Source: Phycisphaeraceae bacterium
GTDB taxonomy: Bacteria > Planctomycetota > Phycisphaerae > Phycisphaerales > UBA1924
DNA: 64,000 bases
Assembly: GCA_026126345.1 (NCBI GenBank)
Contig: JAHCJH010000001.1
Coordinates: forward strand, 1,205 to 65,204
Direction: 5' to 3'
Numbering within the stretch: position 1 is the first letter of the stretch; each line of letters opens with the position of its first letter. The translations under genes were made by a program, and so were the position numbers. Below are positions 35,997-44,651 of this stretch, one piece after another. Under the pieces are notes generated by a model. It did no database searches, was not told where the DNA came from, and saw only the letters and a program-made list of their open reading frames with translations.

Positions 35997-37244
35997 TCAG
36001 TGGTCGGCGGTGGTGCTCAGGCCGTCGACCGAGCGGAAGCTCGTCACGGCGCAGCGATAGTCGAACCGTCGCTCGAATTCCTGTTCAACGCGTTTCGCCA
36101 CGCGGTCGCCCCAGTCGGGGTCGCACAGAACCAGGGCGCAGCCCCCAAAGCCGGCGCCGGTAAGCCGGGCACCGTACGCACCATCGCCGTCGAGCGCCGC
36201 GTCCACGACGCACTCCAGCTCCGGGCATGACACGCCCATGTCGTCGCGCAGCGAGCGGTGCGACTGCACCATCAGCACGCCGATCTCCTCAAGCACCGGC
36301 TCCCAGTCCTCCACCTGACGCTCGGCGGCGCCCAGCAAGAGATCCGCCACGCGCCGCGTTCGGGCGTTTTCCCGCACCACGTGCCGGGCCGCGCGGAATT
36401 CCTCTTCGCTCAGGCGCGACCGCACCGCCAGCAATCGCTGCTCCGATGCCTGGCTCAGCGTCGCGACGCCGAGCACCGACGCCGCCTTCTGGCACAGCGC
36501 CCGGCGGGCCGCGTACTGCCCCGTGTTCAACGCCCGGGGCACCTTGGTGTCCACCAGCAGACCGAGCGCATCGTCGTCGCGCGGGATGGGAATGAGGGTG
36601 TGCTCGGCTCGCCCACAGTCGATCAGGAGCGCCGCCCCGGCTTCGCCGTGCACGATGATGTACGGGTCCATGATCCCGCACGGCACCCCGGCGTACCGGT
36701 GCTCCGACCGCTGGCAGATCGCCGGCAATTCGGCACGCGGCACGCCGAGCTCGAGGGTGGCGTTCACCGCACCGGCCACGGCGACGCCGAGCGATGCCGA
36801 ACTCGACACGCCCGAACCCACGGGCACGTCCCCGGCCACCGCCAGATCCAGAGGCGGCAGCGGCTCGGTGCGCCCCGATGCCGCGGCGACCTCCAGCATC
36901 GCCCCGAAGGCGTACCGCGCCCAGGCCGGGTCGATCCCGGCGACCCGGTCGCCGGCCCCGGCGCCATACAGATCGCACGACGCCGGCCCGTGGCGCTCCA
37001 GCGCCGTGACCGCGCGGCAGTCGGCCGAGGTCCCCGGCCCCACCGCGACGGCCGTCCACCGGTCGATGGTCATGGGCAAGGCCAGGCCGCCTTCGTAGTC
37101 GGTGTGATCACCGATCAGGTTCACGCGCGCCGGCGCGACGGCCACCGCCGGCGGCCGGGCGCCGTACGTGGCCCGGAACAATTCGATCGCGCCGGCAACG
37201 ACAGCGCCCCGACGAACGCCGACCTGGTCCGCCGGGGTCCGCAC
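35997..37244 (-). CDS. galK: Galactokinase (GHMP kinase)
   Basis: APARVNLIGDHTDYEGG signature and GHMP motif GDVPVGSGVSSSASL. The proposed GTG start at 37244 is 2 nt after the upstream gene stop. The longer track ORF (to 37976) overlaps the upstream membrane gene out of frame. Confidence 0.85.
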   Translation of the reverse strand: MRTPADQVGVRRGAVVAGAIELFRATYGARPPAVAVAPARVNLIGDHTDYEGGLALPMTIDRWTAVAVGPGTSADCRAVTALERHGPASCDLYGAGAGDRVAGIDPAWARYAFGAMLEVAAASGRTEPLPPLDLAVAGDVPVGSGVSSSASLGVAVAGAVNATLELGVPRAELPAICQRSEHRYAGVPCGIMDPYIIVHGEAGAALLIDCGRAEHTLIPIPRDDDALGLLVDTKVPRALNTGQYAARRALCQKAASVLGVATLSQASEQRLLAVRSRLSEEEFRAARHVVRENARTRRVADLLLGAAERQVEDWEPVLEEIGVLMVQSHRSLRDDMGVSCPELECVVDAALDGDGAYGARLTGAGFGGCALVLCDPDWGDRVAKRVEQEFERRFDYRCAVTSFRSVDGLSTTADH

Positions 37245-37246
37245 GA

Positions 37247-37948
37247 TCAGCCGCCGCCCCCGCCGCCGGTCGGTCCGGTGGGCAGCCACATCGCCAATCG
37301 GATGCCGAACTCGACGAAGAGCCACGCGCCGGCGTGTGCCATGGCGACCAGGCTGGTTTCGCGCGGGCTCTTGCCGAAGAGCACCAACACGCCCGTCCAG
37401 TACACCAGCCCCGCCAGGACCACCTTCAGCACTTCGCCCACGACCGGCGGCGGGATCTGCAACTGCATGATGAACGAGAACGTGGTGAACGCCACGAACA
37501 TTCGCGCCACGGCGAACTCCACGTTGCCGAACCGCTGCTGCACCAGCCACGCGGCCAGCGCCACCGCCGCCACCCCCGTGCCCGTGTGCACCACCGACTG
37601 CCACACCGTCAGCACGATCCGCCCGATCGATCCCCAGAACCCGTACCCGTTGGCGCCCGAGGCGATCATCGCGGCCACCAGCATGAACGCCCCGAAATAC
37701 AGGAGCACCTGAACACCGGGCGTTCGCGGCGTGCAGAACTCGGGCGCCACCTCGCCCTTGGCATCTTCCAAGACCGGCCCGCTCCTGGGAACTGCCGCCG
37801 CCGTGGGCGAAGGGGCGGGCTGCTGCGATGCGCTGGGGGGAACCGCCGACGATCCAATGGCGTCCACCGGTTTGCCCACGGGCACACCTGCGCCGCTGCC
37901 AGCGGTCTTGGGGTTGGTCTCGGGGACGATGTCGTAGGGATCGGGCAT
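37247..37948 (-). CDS. Hypothetical membrane protein (Pro-rich N-terminus, about 5 TM helices, poly-Gly C-terminus)
   Basis: ATG start. Hydrophobic helices (VQVLLYFGAFMLVAAMIASG, VAAVALAAWLV, AGAWLFVEFGIRLAMWL). Ends in GGGGGG. No recognisable family. Confidence 0.6.
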   Translation of the reverse strand: MPDPYDIVPETNPKTAGSGAGVPVGKPVDAIGSSAVPPSASQQPAPSPTAAAVPRSGPVLEDAKGEVAPEFCTPRTPGVQVLLYFGAFMLVAAMIASGANGYGFWGSIGRIVLTVWQSVVHTGTGVAAVALAAWLVQQRFGNVEFAVARMFVAFTTFSFIMQLQIPPPVVGEVLKVVLAGLVYWTGVLVLFGKSPRETSLVAMAHAGAWLFVEFGIRLAMWLPTGPTGGGGGG

Positions 37949-37980
37949 GGGGCGGCATCCGTCGGGAGGCGCCCAACAGA

Positions 37981-39297
37981 TTAGCGACCCGGCCCGGAAC
38001 GCGCCGCCGCCCGAACCCCGGGCCGGCCGCCGAACAGGAAGAACTCCATGAGTTCGTGCCCGTGGTCCACGTGCAAATCGCTGGCGTCCGCCTCGGCCTC
38101 GCAGAAGGGTCCCGTCCGGTGCCCCCGGACGAAGGCCCCGGCCATACAGAATGGCGTCGGGGTCGCGTCGTGCTTGCGCGTGGAAACCAGGGTGTAGTGG
38201 TCCGGCATGATCAGCACGCGCCAGCCCTCGGCGGCCGGATCCGACTCCGGATCGCCGAACCGCCTGAGCCGCTCCAGCACCGGTGCGACCACCAGCCGGT
38301 CGATCGACTCCAGGGACGCCACCTTGGTCTTCCAGTCGCCTTGATGGCTGGCCTCGTCGGGCGCTTCCACGTGGCAGCAGACCAGGTCATACCGGTCCAG
38401 GGCGTCGCAGGTCCACCGTCCCTGGGCCGCATAATCGGTGTCGTGGTAGCTGGTCACGCCCGGCACCGGCAGCCGGTCCCAGCCGATCAGGCGCGCGATG
38501 CCCGCGAGCAGATCGACCGCCGTGATCATCGCCCCGCTCAAGCCGAACCGCTTCTGAAATGAGGGCATGTCCGGGCGGGTGCCCTGACCCCAGATCCATG
38601 CCATGTTGGCCGGGCGCAGCCCCCGCGCCCGGCGCGCCACGTTGACCGGATGCGACTCGAGCATCGGACGCGAAAGTTCCATCAGTCGCCCCAGCGCCGC
38701 CGCCGCGTCGCGCCCTTCGGCGCCCGTCGCCCGCGGCAGGTTGCTGCCCCACGGCTGACGCGGGATCTCGTGCGGGGGCGTGGCGTCCACCGCGCGATAC
38801 CCCCGGCCCGACGAATCGACCATGATTCCCCGGTAGGAAACGCCGTGCGTCAGCGTCAGGGTCGCGGCCAGTTCCGGCGCGCCCCGCCGCCACTGCTCCA
38901 GCAGGGCGGCGAATAACTCGGCGGCCTCCGCGTCGGTGATGGCGCCGGCCGAGTGGTCCAGCATCAGCCCGTCGTCGGGGGTTCCGGCTTGGCCGACCGT
39001 CACGAGGTTGACGCGGAAGATCCAGTCCGTTGGACCGGCCGGCACGTTGATGGCCGCGGCCTCGAGCGGCGCCCGGCCGGTGTGGTACCGGGCCGGGTCG
39101 TACCCGACGAGGCTCATGGTGCACACGTCGGAACCTGCCAGGAATCCCGGCGGGGTGGTCCTGGCCGTGCCCAGCCGCCCCAAGGCAGCAACGGAGTCCA
39201 TGGCCGGGGTGTGGGCCGCCTGAAGCGGCGTTCTGCCGTCCAGCTCCGCCAGCGGCAGATCGGCGGCGCCGTCTGGAATGATCACGACGTACTTCAC
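37981..39297 (-). CDS. apgM: Cofactor-independent phosphoglycerate mutase, archaeal-type (ApgM family)
   Basis: GTG start. KYVVIIPDGAADLP...TPLQAAHTPAMD N-terminus and metalloenzyme-superfamily motifs (HVEAPDEASHQGD, PDHYT). Confidence 0.88.
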   Translation of the reverse strand: MKYVVIIPDGAADLPLAELDGRTPLQAAHTPAMDSVAALGRLGTARTTPPGFLAGSDVCTMSLVGYDPARYHTGRAPLEAAAINVPAGPTDWIFRVNLVTVGQAGTPDDGLMLDHSAGAITDAEAAELFAALLEQWRRGAPELAATLTLTHGVSYRGIMVDSSGRGYRAVDATPPHEIPRQPWGSNLPRATGAEGRDAAAALGRLMELSRPMLESHPVNVARRARGLRPANMAWIWGQGTRPDMPSFQKRFGLSGAMITAVDLLAGIARLIGWDRLPVPGVTSYHDTDYAAQGRWTCDALDRYDLVCCHVEAPDEASHQGDWKTKVASLESIDRLVVAPVLERLRRFGDPESDPAAEGWRVLIMPDHYTLVSTRKHDATPTPFCMAGAFVRGHRTGPFCEAEADASDLHVDHGHELMEFFLFGGRPGVRAAARSGPGR

Positions 39298-39364
39298 GCG
39301 TGCAGGGTATCCGTGCTTCGGTGAAACCTGCCCCGGTCGAGCGCCGGGGCGATCCCGGGGGCGT

Positions 39365-39370
39365 TACAAT
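39365..39370 (+). promoter_or_regulatory. Candidate -10 element TACAAT very close to the ureohydrolase gene start (possible leaderless or short-leader mRNA)
   Basis: TACAAT ends 9 nt before the ATG at 39380. No SD-like sequence lies between them. Sequence match only. Confidence 0.25.
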
Positions 39371-39379
39371 CACGGCAGC

Positions 39380-40441
39380 ATGACGACGTTCGATCCAAAC
39401 GCCGCGGCACTTCCAGGCTCGGGCATCTTCGGCCTGCCGCACGTGCGGGACGAGGCGTCGGTCGTCATCGTCCCGGTGCCGTTCGACGCGACGACGTCGT
39501 ACGGGGGCGGGGCGAGCGAGGGACCCGCGGCGGTGCTGCGAGCGTCCGCGCAGGTGGACCTGTTCGATGCGCAGTTCGGCCGGACGTACGAGGCCGGCAT
39601 CCACATGATGGACGAGCCTCTGGAGATCCGGGAGCTGTCGCGCCGGGCCCGGGCGCTGGCCGAACCGCTGATCGCCAAGGGAGGTGCGGACGCCGGCGAC
39701 GGTGAGACGCTCCGGATGATCGAGCAGGCTGGCGACCAGGTGAACGCGTACACGTACGAGAATTTCTGGCACGTGCTGGCCGACGGCAAGGTGCCGGGCC
39801 TCCTGGGCGGCGACCATTCGACGCCGCTGGGCGCGATCAAGGCGTGCGCGGAGTACGTCGCCAGCCGGTGGCGGCCGGGCGATCGCGCCAGCGCCAAGGG
39901 GCTGGGCATCCTGCACGTCGATGCGCACATGGACCTGCGCCCGGCCTACGAGGGCTTCCGATACTCGCACGCCTCGATCATGTACAACGTGCTCGAAACG
40001 ATCCCCGAGGTGTCCCGCATCGTCCAGGTGGGCATCCGAGATTATTCCGAGGGCGAGGCCGAATACGCCCGCGCCTGCGGCGATCGCTGCCGGGCGCACC
40101 TCGATTTTCAGTGGGCTCAGGCCATGATGGACGGGCGGCGATTCACCGACCTGTGTCACCAGGCGGCCAGCGAACTGCCCGACAACGTGTACGTGTCGTT
40201 CGACATCGACGGGCTCGACCCGTCGCTGTGCCCGCACACGGGCACGCCCGTTCCCGGGGGCCTGAGTTTCAACCAGGCCGCGCTGCTGCTTCAGACGCTC
40301 CGCGACGCCCGCAAGACCATCGTCGGGTTCGACCTGGTTGAGGTGTGCCCTGATGCGCACCCCGGCGCCCCGGAGTGGGATGCCAACGTCGGCGCCCGGG
40401 TGCTCTACAAGCTCTGCGGACTGGCCGCCGCCGGTCGGTAG
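39380..40441 (+). CDS. Arginase/agmatinase/formimidoylglutamase family ureohydrolase
   Basis: Mn-binding motifs GGDHSTPLG, HVDAHMDLR and SFDIDGLDPS, with ATG at 39380. The substrate cannot be assigned from sequence alone. Confidence 0.87.
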   Translation: MTTFDPNAAALPGSGIFGLPHVRDEASVVIVPVPFDATTSYGGGASEGPAAVLRASAQVDLFDAQFGRTYEAGIHMMDEPLEIRELSRRARALAEPLIAKGGADAGDGETLRMIEQAGDQVNAYTYENFWHVLADGKVPGLLGGDHSTPLGAIKACAEYVASRWRPGDRASAKGLGILHVDAHMDLRPAYEGFRYSHASIMYNVLETIPEVSRIVQVGIRDYSEGEAEYARACGDRCRAHLDFQWAQAMMDGRRFTDLCHQAASELPDNVYVSFDIDGLDPSLCPHTGTPVPGGLSFNQAALLLQTLRDARKTIVGFDLVEVCPDAHPGAPEWDANVGARVLYKLCGLAAAGR

Positions 40442-40481
40442 TCCGATCCGTAACCATCCATCGCGCCGCGCCGACGACACT

Positions 40482-41156
40482 TCAGGGTGCCGACGCGGGC
40501 GCCCCGCCGATGAACAGGATGGCACGCTCGACCGCGGGCACGACGATGGGCAGCAGAAACTTGCCGCCGTAGAAGAACAGCACGCCGAGCATCACCAGCC
40601 CCAGCAGCATGCCCCCCTCGCTCTCGAACGCTCGCCGGTACCCGGGCACGAACGTGCCCAGGATCCGCCACCCATCCAGCGGCGGCGCCGGCACAAGGTT
40701 GAACAGCGCGAGCATGAGGTTGAGCACCGCGCCCCACCACATGAACTGCACCAGTTGAACGGCCACTTTGGCGCCCTGCCCGCCCGCCTGGGCGCCGTAT
40801 CGCACGGCCAGCCCGGCGACCACCACGGCGAAGACCGCGATCGCCAGGTTCATCAGCGGACCGGCGAGCGAGACAATGGCGTCGTGCCACCAGCGGCGGA
40901 ACCGCGACGGGTCCACGGGCATCATGCCGTAGGCCAGGCCGCAGAGCACGAACAGCACCAGGCTCGGCACGCCCATGTGCACCACGGGATTCCAGGTCAT
41001 GTGCCCGGTTTCGATAGGGGTCCGGTCGCCGCACCAGACGGCCGCCCAGCCGTGGGCCAGTTCGTGCAGCGTGATCGAGAGCACGACCCACAGCGTCCAC
41101 GCCAGCACCAGCGAGGGACCGCCGATGGCCACCAGGTTGTTGACCCACCATTCCAT
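40482..41156 (-). CDS. Site-2 protease family (M50) membrane metalloprotease
   Basis: HELAHG zinc motif inside a TM helix. Multi-TM 224-aa protein without a PDZ domain. Confidence 0.83.
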   Translation of the reverse strand: MEWWVNNLVAIGGPSLVLAWTLWVVLSITLHELAHGWAAVWCGDRTPIETGHMTWNPVVHMGVPSLVLFVLCGLAYGMMPVDPSRFRRWWHDAIVSLAGPLMNLAIAVFAVVVAGLAVRYGAQAGGQGAKVAVQLVQFMWWGAVLNLMLALFNLVPAPPLDGWRILGTFVPGYRRAFESEGGMLLGLVMLGVLFFYGGKFLLPIVVPAVERAILFIGGAPASAP

Positions 41157-41190
41157 GCGCTGGACTCTACCCCCGCGGCGCCATGGGCGC

Positions 41191-41220
41191 GAAGAAAAGG
41201 CCCGGGGTGCGCCCGGGCCT
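41191..41220 (-). terminator. Rho-independent terminator after rplT
   Basis: On the minus strand there is a perfect 9-bp stem aggcccggg / cccgggcct with a 5-nt loop, followed by ttttcttc. It begins 26 nt after the rplT stop. Confidence 0.75.
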
Positions 41221-41245
41221 TCGGGAAGCGTGGTGTTGTCGGCGG

Positions 41246-41617
41246 TCAGGCGGCGACGGCGACCTTGGCGGCCTTCTTGGCCTGTTCACAGATGGCGTCG
41301 AAGGTCTTGGGATCCTCGATGGCGAGCTGCGAGAGCATCTTGCGGTTGAGCAGGATGCCGGCGTTCTTCACGCCGTTGAGGAAGATGCTGTAGCGGGTGC
41401 CGCGCATCTTGCACGCCGCGGTCAGGCGCGTGATCCACAGCGCACGCATGTCGCGCTTCTTCTGGCGACGGTCGCGGTAGGCGTACACGCCGCCCTTGAC
41501 CAGCGCCAGCCGGGCGCGCCAGAAGGACTTGCGGCGGGAGTTCTGGAAGCCGCGCGCGGCCTCCATGATTCGTTTGCGCTTCTGGGCCCGTGCGGCGCCC
41601 TTGCGGACTCGTGGCAT
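41246..41617 (-). CDS. rplT: 50S ribosomal protein L20
   Basis: MPRVRKGAARAQKRKRIMEAARGF...AYRDRRQKKRDMRALWITRL is a classical L20 sequence. Confidence 0.97.
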   Translation of the reverse strand: MPRVRKGAARAQKRKRIMEAARGFQNSRRKSFWRARLALVKGGVYAYRDRRQKKRDMRALWITRLTAACKMRGTRYSIFLNGVKNAGILLNRKMLSQLAIEDPKTFDAICEQAKKAAKVAVAA

Positions 41618-41731
41618 GTCGAAACTCCAGGGTTCCCGGCGGGGAGGGCTTGGCGCCCTGCTTCAGGGGTCCCGACGGAAGGTGCGATCGGCCCCGCGCA
41701 CCGTGCGGGGGCCGGCGATGGTTCGTGCCGC

Positions 41732-42034
41732 TCAGGCCTTGGCGGGCTTGCGGGCGGTCTTGGCGGCCTTGCCGGCCTTGCGCTCGGCGGGCGAGGGGCT
41801 GCGCTTCAACGCGGTGCGGGGCTGGTCCTTGCCGCGCAGCCGGCGGAACAGGAGCCGCTCCATGGCCTTGGTCTCGGTGGAGAGCAGGTAGCGGTCCTTG
41901 CGCAGGCGGCGCAGGCGGTTGGGACGCTTGCTGCTCTTAAGGTGCTTGCTGTTGGCGCTCTTGTGCTTGACCTGCCCGGTCTTGGTGATCCGGAAGCGCT
42001 TGAGCATGCCCTTGTGCGGCTTGTTGGTCGACAT
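41732..42034 (-). CDS. rpmI: 50S ribosomal protein L35 with a basic C-terminal extension
   Basis: MSTNKPHKGMLKRFRITKTGQVKHKSANSKHLKSSK matches L35. ATG at 42034. The product is about 100 aa; L35 is usually about 65 aa. Confidence 0.88.
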   Translation of the reverse strand: MSTNKPHKGMLKRFRITKTGQVKHKSANSKHLKSSKRPNRLRRLRKDRYLLSTETKAMERLLFRRLRGKDQPRTALKRSPSPAERKAGKAAKTARKPAKA

Positions 42035-42177
42035 GGTCGGTCCTTGGGTCGGTGCCCGGCGCTCGGCGCGGGCCGGTGGCCCGGGCGCCCGGCGACGGGC
42101 CGCAACGATAGGCGTGACCCGGTCACGGCTCAAGCGGGTGCGGGAGGTGTTCGGAGGGGCCGAGGCAAACCCGATCG

Positions 42178-43404
42178 CTACGGGACCAGGAATACGTCAG
42201 TCTCGCACTCGGGCTGCTCGACGCCCCTGAGCGGCTCAGCCCGCCGGGCGTTGGCGGCCCTGCGCAGCACGTCCTCGATCGACCGGGGGAGCCAGATGTT
42301 GTCGCCCGAGGCCAGCACGGGGCTGGTCAGCCAGACGACCGCGCCGTCGAGCCGCAGAGCGTGCTGGCCCTTTCCGGAGGCGTTCGGCGAGTTCTCCAAC
42401 GGGTCGACCCAAAGACCCCGCACAGCCCGCAGGATGACCGGAGAACGGTCCGCCAGCACGATCTGCTCGCCCGCCTGACGCCACACCGGACGCTTGCGGG
42501 CGAATTGGTTCTGGTAGGAGTACGGCACCTCTTCGATGCAGCCCCAATCCGCCCGGGCGGGGTCCAGCGTGCATTCGACCGAGGCCCGGTTCCCGGGCGC
42601 GGCGAAGTTGGTCCGACAGGCGTAGCCGTCGCGCACCAGGGTGTACAGGTTGGCGGAGTTCGACTGTTCGGCGTTGCCCACGAACCACCAGGGCGTGCCC
42701 GCCAGGGAAGCCGTCGCCATCGGCAGCGCGCCGTCGTTGCTGCCGGAATACAGACCCATGCCCAGGCCGATGTTCCTGAGATTGGCCTCATTGAGCGCCA
42801 GGCGCGACCGCTCCCGGGAAGCGGACATCACAGGCCAGAGGATCGAAACCCCGATCAGGAGCATCGCCGCGACCGACACCAGGTCCGGCACGCGCCACCG
42901 GCGTGCCGCCGGCCCGGGGCGGCTGCTGAACCGCATCGATTCGGCCTGCGCATCGGCTTCGGTCTGCACCCGGGAGAGCGTCCGGGCGATGAGCGACTCG
43001 CGTCCGCTCGCCTCGGCGGCAGCCAGTTCTTCCGATGCTGAGCCGAGCAGGCCGAGCACTTCGGCCTGGTGCGCGGCCCGCTGGCGCACGCCGGAAGGAA
43101 CCCGCCTGGGATCGAAGCGGTGCTGCACCAGCAGCTCCAACGCATCCTCGTCGGCCGGGACGAGTTCGCACACTTCGCCCGCCGCACGCGCCAGGCGGAT
43201 CGCCGCGAGGCAACGGGATTCAGCGCCGGGGCAGACGCAACGGGCTTCGGCCGCCAGCTGGCTCAGGTCCGCCGCGATGCGCCGGGCGCGCGCCCGGTGC
43301 GCCTCGGGCACGGCGTCGGCGTCGAAGCCCGCATCCACCAGGGCGTCGAGCGCGGCCTGGTCCGCCGGGCAGAGTTGCGTGCTGTCGATCGGTTCGTCGG
43401 TCAT
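42178..43404 (-). CDS. Putative anti-sigma factor: cytoplasmic duplicated-motif domain, one TM helix, DUF1559/pseudopilin-like periplasmic domain
   Basis: It lies 41 nt downstream of the ECF sigma gene. ATG at 43404. Single TM helix VPDLVSVAAMLLIGVSILWPV. The following sequence SASRERSRLALNEANLRNIGLGMGLYSGSNDGALP and the C-terminal GKGQHALRLDGAVVWL parallel DUF1559 proteins. The anti-sigma role is inferred from position only. Confidence 0.7.
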   Translation of the reverse strand: MTDEPIDSTQLCPADQAALDALVDAGFDADAVPEAHRARARRIAADLSQLAAEARCVCPGAESRCLAAIRLARAAGEVCELVPADEDALELLVQHRFDPRRVPSGVRQRAAHQAEVLGLLGSASEELAAAEASGRESLIARTLSRVQTEADAQAESMRFSSRPGPAARRWRVPDLVSVAAMLLIGVSILWPVMSASRERSRLALNEANLRNIGLGMGLYSGSNDGALPMATASLAGTPWWFVGNAEQSNSANLYTLVRDGYACRTNFAAPGNRASVECTLDPARADWGCIEEVPYSYQNQFARKRPVWRQAGEQIVLADRSPVILRAVRGLWVDPLENSPNASGKGQHALRLDGAVVWLTSPVLASGDNIWLPRSIEDVLRRAANARRAEPLRGVEQPECETDVFLVP

Positions 43405-43444
43405 CGCGCGGTTCCGTCCATCCAACGAGCAGCCCCGCCGGCGC

Positions 43445-44065
43445 TCAAGTTCCATCGCCGCCCTTGGACACGATGTGCCACTTGCGGGCAAACGCCGCGA
43501 CGGCGGCGTGCAGGCGGCTCTTGACTGTGCCCAGAGGGATCTGGAGCACGTCGGCAACCTGGCTGTACGACATCTTCTGGAAGTACGCCAGCAGCAGCAC
43601 CTCACGGAGCGACGGCGGCAGTTCACTGACGGCCTGCTGCACCATGCGATCGCGCTCCGCGGTACCGACCTGCTCGCCCGGCTGGATCGCGTCGATCTCC
43701 ATCAGATCGACGAACGTTCGGCCGTCATCGGAGTCGCCCGACCGCCCCCCGCCGATCGGGGAGTCCAGGTCCATAGCCCGGCGACGGGTGTTTCTACGGA
43801 TGAGGTCCCTGGCCTTGTTCGCCGCGATCGTAAAAAGCCATGGTTTGAACCGGCGCGAAGCGTCGAAGGTGCCGGCCGAGACGTGAACCTGGAGAAACGT
43901 GTCCTGGAATACATCCTCGGCGGCCGCCCGCTCCCCCGTCAGTCGGTACAGGAATCGGATCAGGTCGTCGTGGTAGCGTCTGATAAGGACCTCCAGCGCA
44001 GGGGATTCCCCAGCCCGATAGGCCAGGAAAAGATCCTCGTCGCTGCGGCGGTCCGGTTGCGGCAT
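43445..44065 (-). CDS. ECF (sigma-70 family group 4) RNA polymerase sigma factor
   Basis: Region 2: DLIRFLYRLTGERAAAEDVFQDTFLQVH ... FKPWLFTIAANKARD. Region 4: REVLLLAYFQKMSYSQVADVLQIPLGTVKSRLH. ATG at 44065. Confidence 0.9.
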   Translation of the reverse strand: MPQPDRRSDEDLFLAYRAGESPALEVLIRRYHDDLIRFLYRLTGERAAAEDVFQDTFLQVHVSAGTFDASRRFKPWLFTIAANKARDLIRRNTRRRAMDLDSPIGGGRSGDSDDGRTFVDLMEIDAIQPGEQVGTAERDRMVQQAVSELPPSLREVLLLAYFQKMSYSQVADVLQIPLGTVKSRLHAAVAAFARKWHIVSKGGDGT

Positions 44066-44108
44066 GGGATCAGGGCGGGGCAGCCCCGCCTCCAGAGACG
44101 TTGGCGGA

Positions 44109-44552
44109 TCAGGAGACGATCGCGCCCGGTGCGATCTCCGCATCCGGCCGGAGGATGATCACCTTGCGCTGGACGGAGGGGTCGGCCGCGGCGGCGTCCT
44201 TGGGCACGTCGCTGGCGGCCAGGAGCATGCCGCGGGACTCCTCGCCCCGGATCATGCGCGGGGCCAGGTTGGCCACGATGATGATCAGTCGGCCGACAAG
44301 GTCCTCGGGCTTGTAGTTGTCCTTGATGCCGGCGCAGATCTGCCGGGGAACACCGCTGCCGTCGTCGAGCTGGAGCTTGAGCAGGCGGTCGGCCTTGGGG
44401 TGGTTCTCGGCCTGGACCACGCGGGCGACGCGCAGGTCGAGCTTGGCGAACTCCTCAAAGGTCACGATCGGCTTCGGGCCGCCGGCGACGGCGGGGGCCT
44501 GGGCGGGCGCGGGCGTGGTTGGCGAAGGCGCTGCGTTGGGAACCTGGGTCAT
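44109..44552 (-). CDS. tRNA-binding domain protein (CsaA / Trbp111 / MetRS C-terminal-domain-like)
   Basis: [77 protein letters not shown] is the OB-fold tRNA-binding (EMAP-like) domain. Confidence 0.85.
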   Translation of the reverse strand: MTQVPNAAPSPTTPAPAQAPAVAGGPKPIVTFEEFAKLDLRVARVVQAENHPKADRLLKLQLDDGSGVPRQICAGIKDNYKPEDLVGRLIIIVANLAPRMIRGEESRGMLLAASDVPKDAAAADPSVQRKVIILRPDAEIAPGAIVS

Positions 44553-44651
44553 AGCCGCCAGTGTAGGAATTGGCGGGCCTGATCGGCGCGGAGCGACACG
44601 GATCGCCCCGGGCGACCGCTATGCTGCGGGTCCCCTTCAGAAGGACATGCC

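Noticed and set aside
41618-41731. Imperfect hairpin (ggccccgcgcaccgtgcgggggcc) between rpmI and rplT as a terminator or attenuator
   Set aside because: The stem needs a bulge and no U-tract follows on the coding strand. rpmI and rplT are normally co-transcribed, so support is insufficient.
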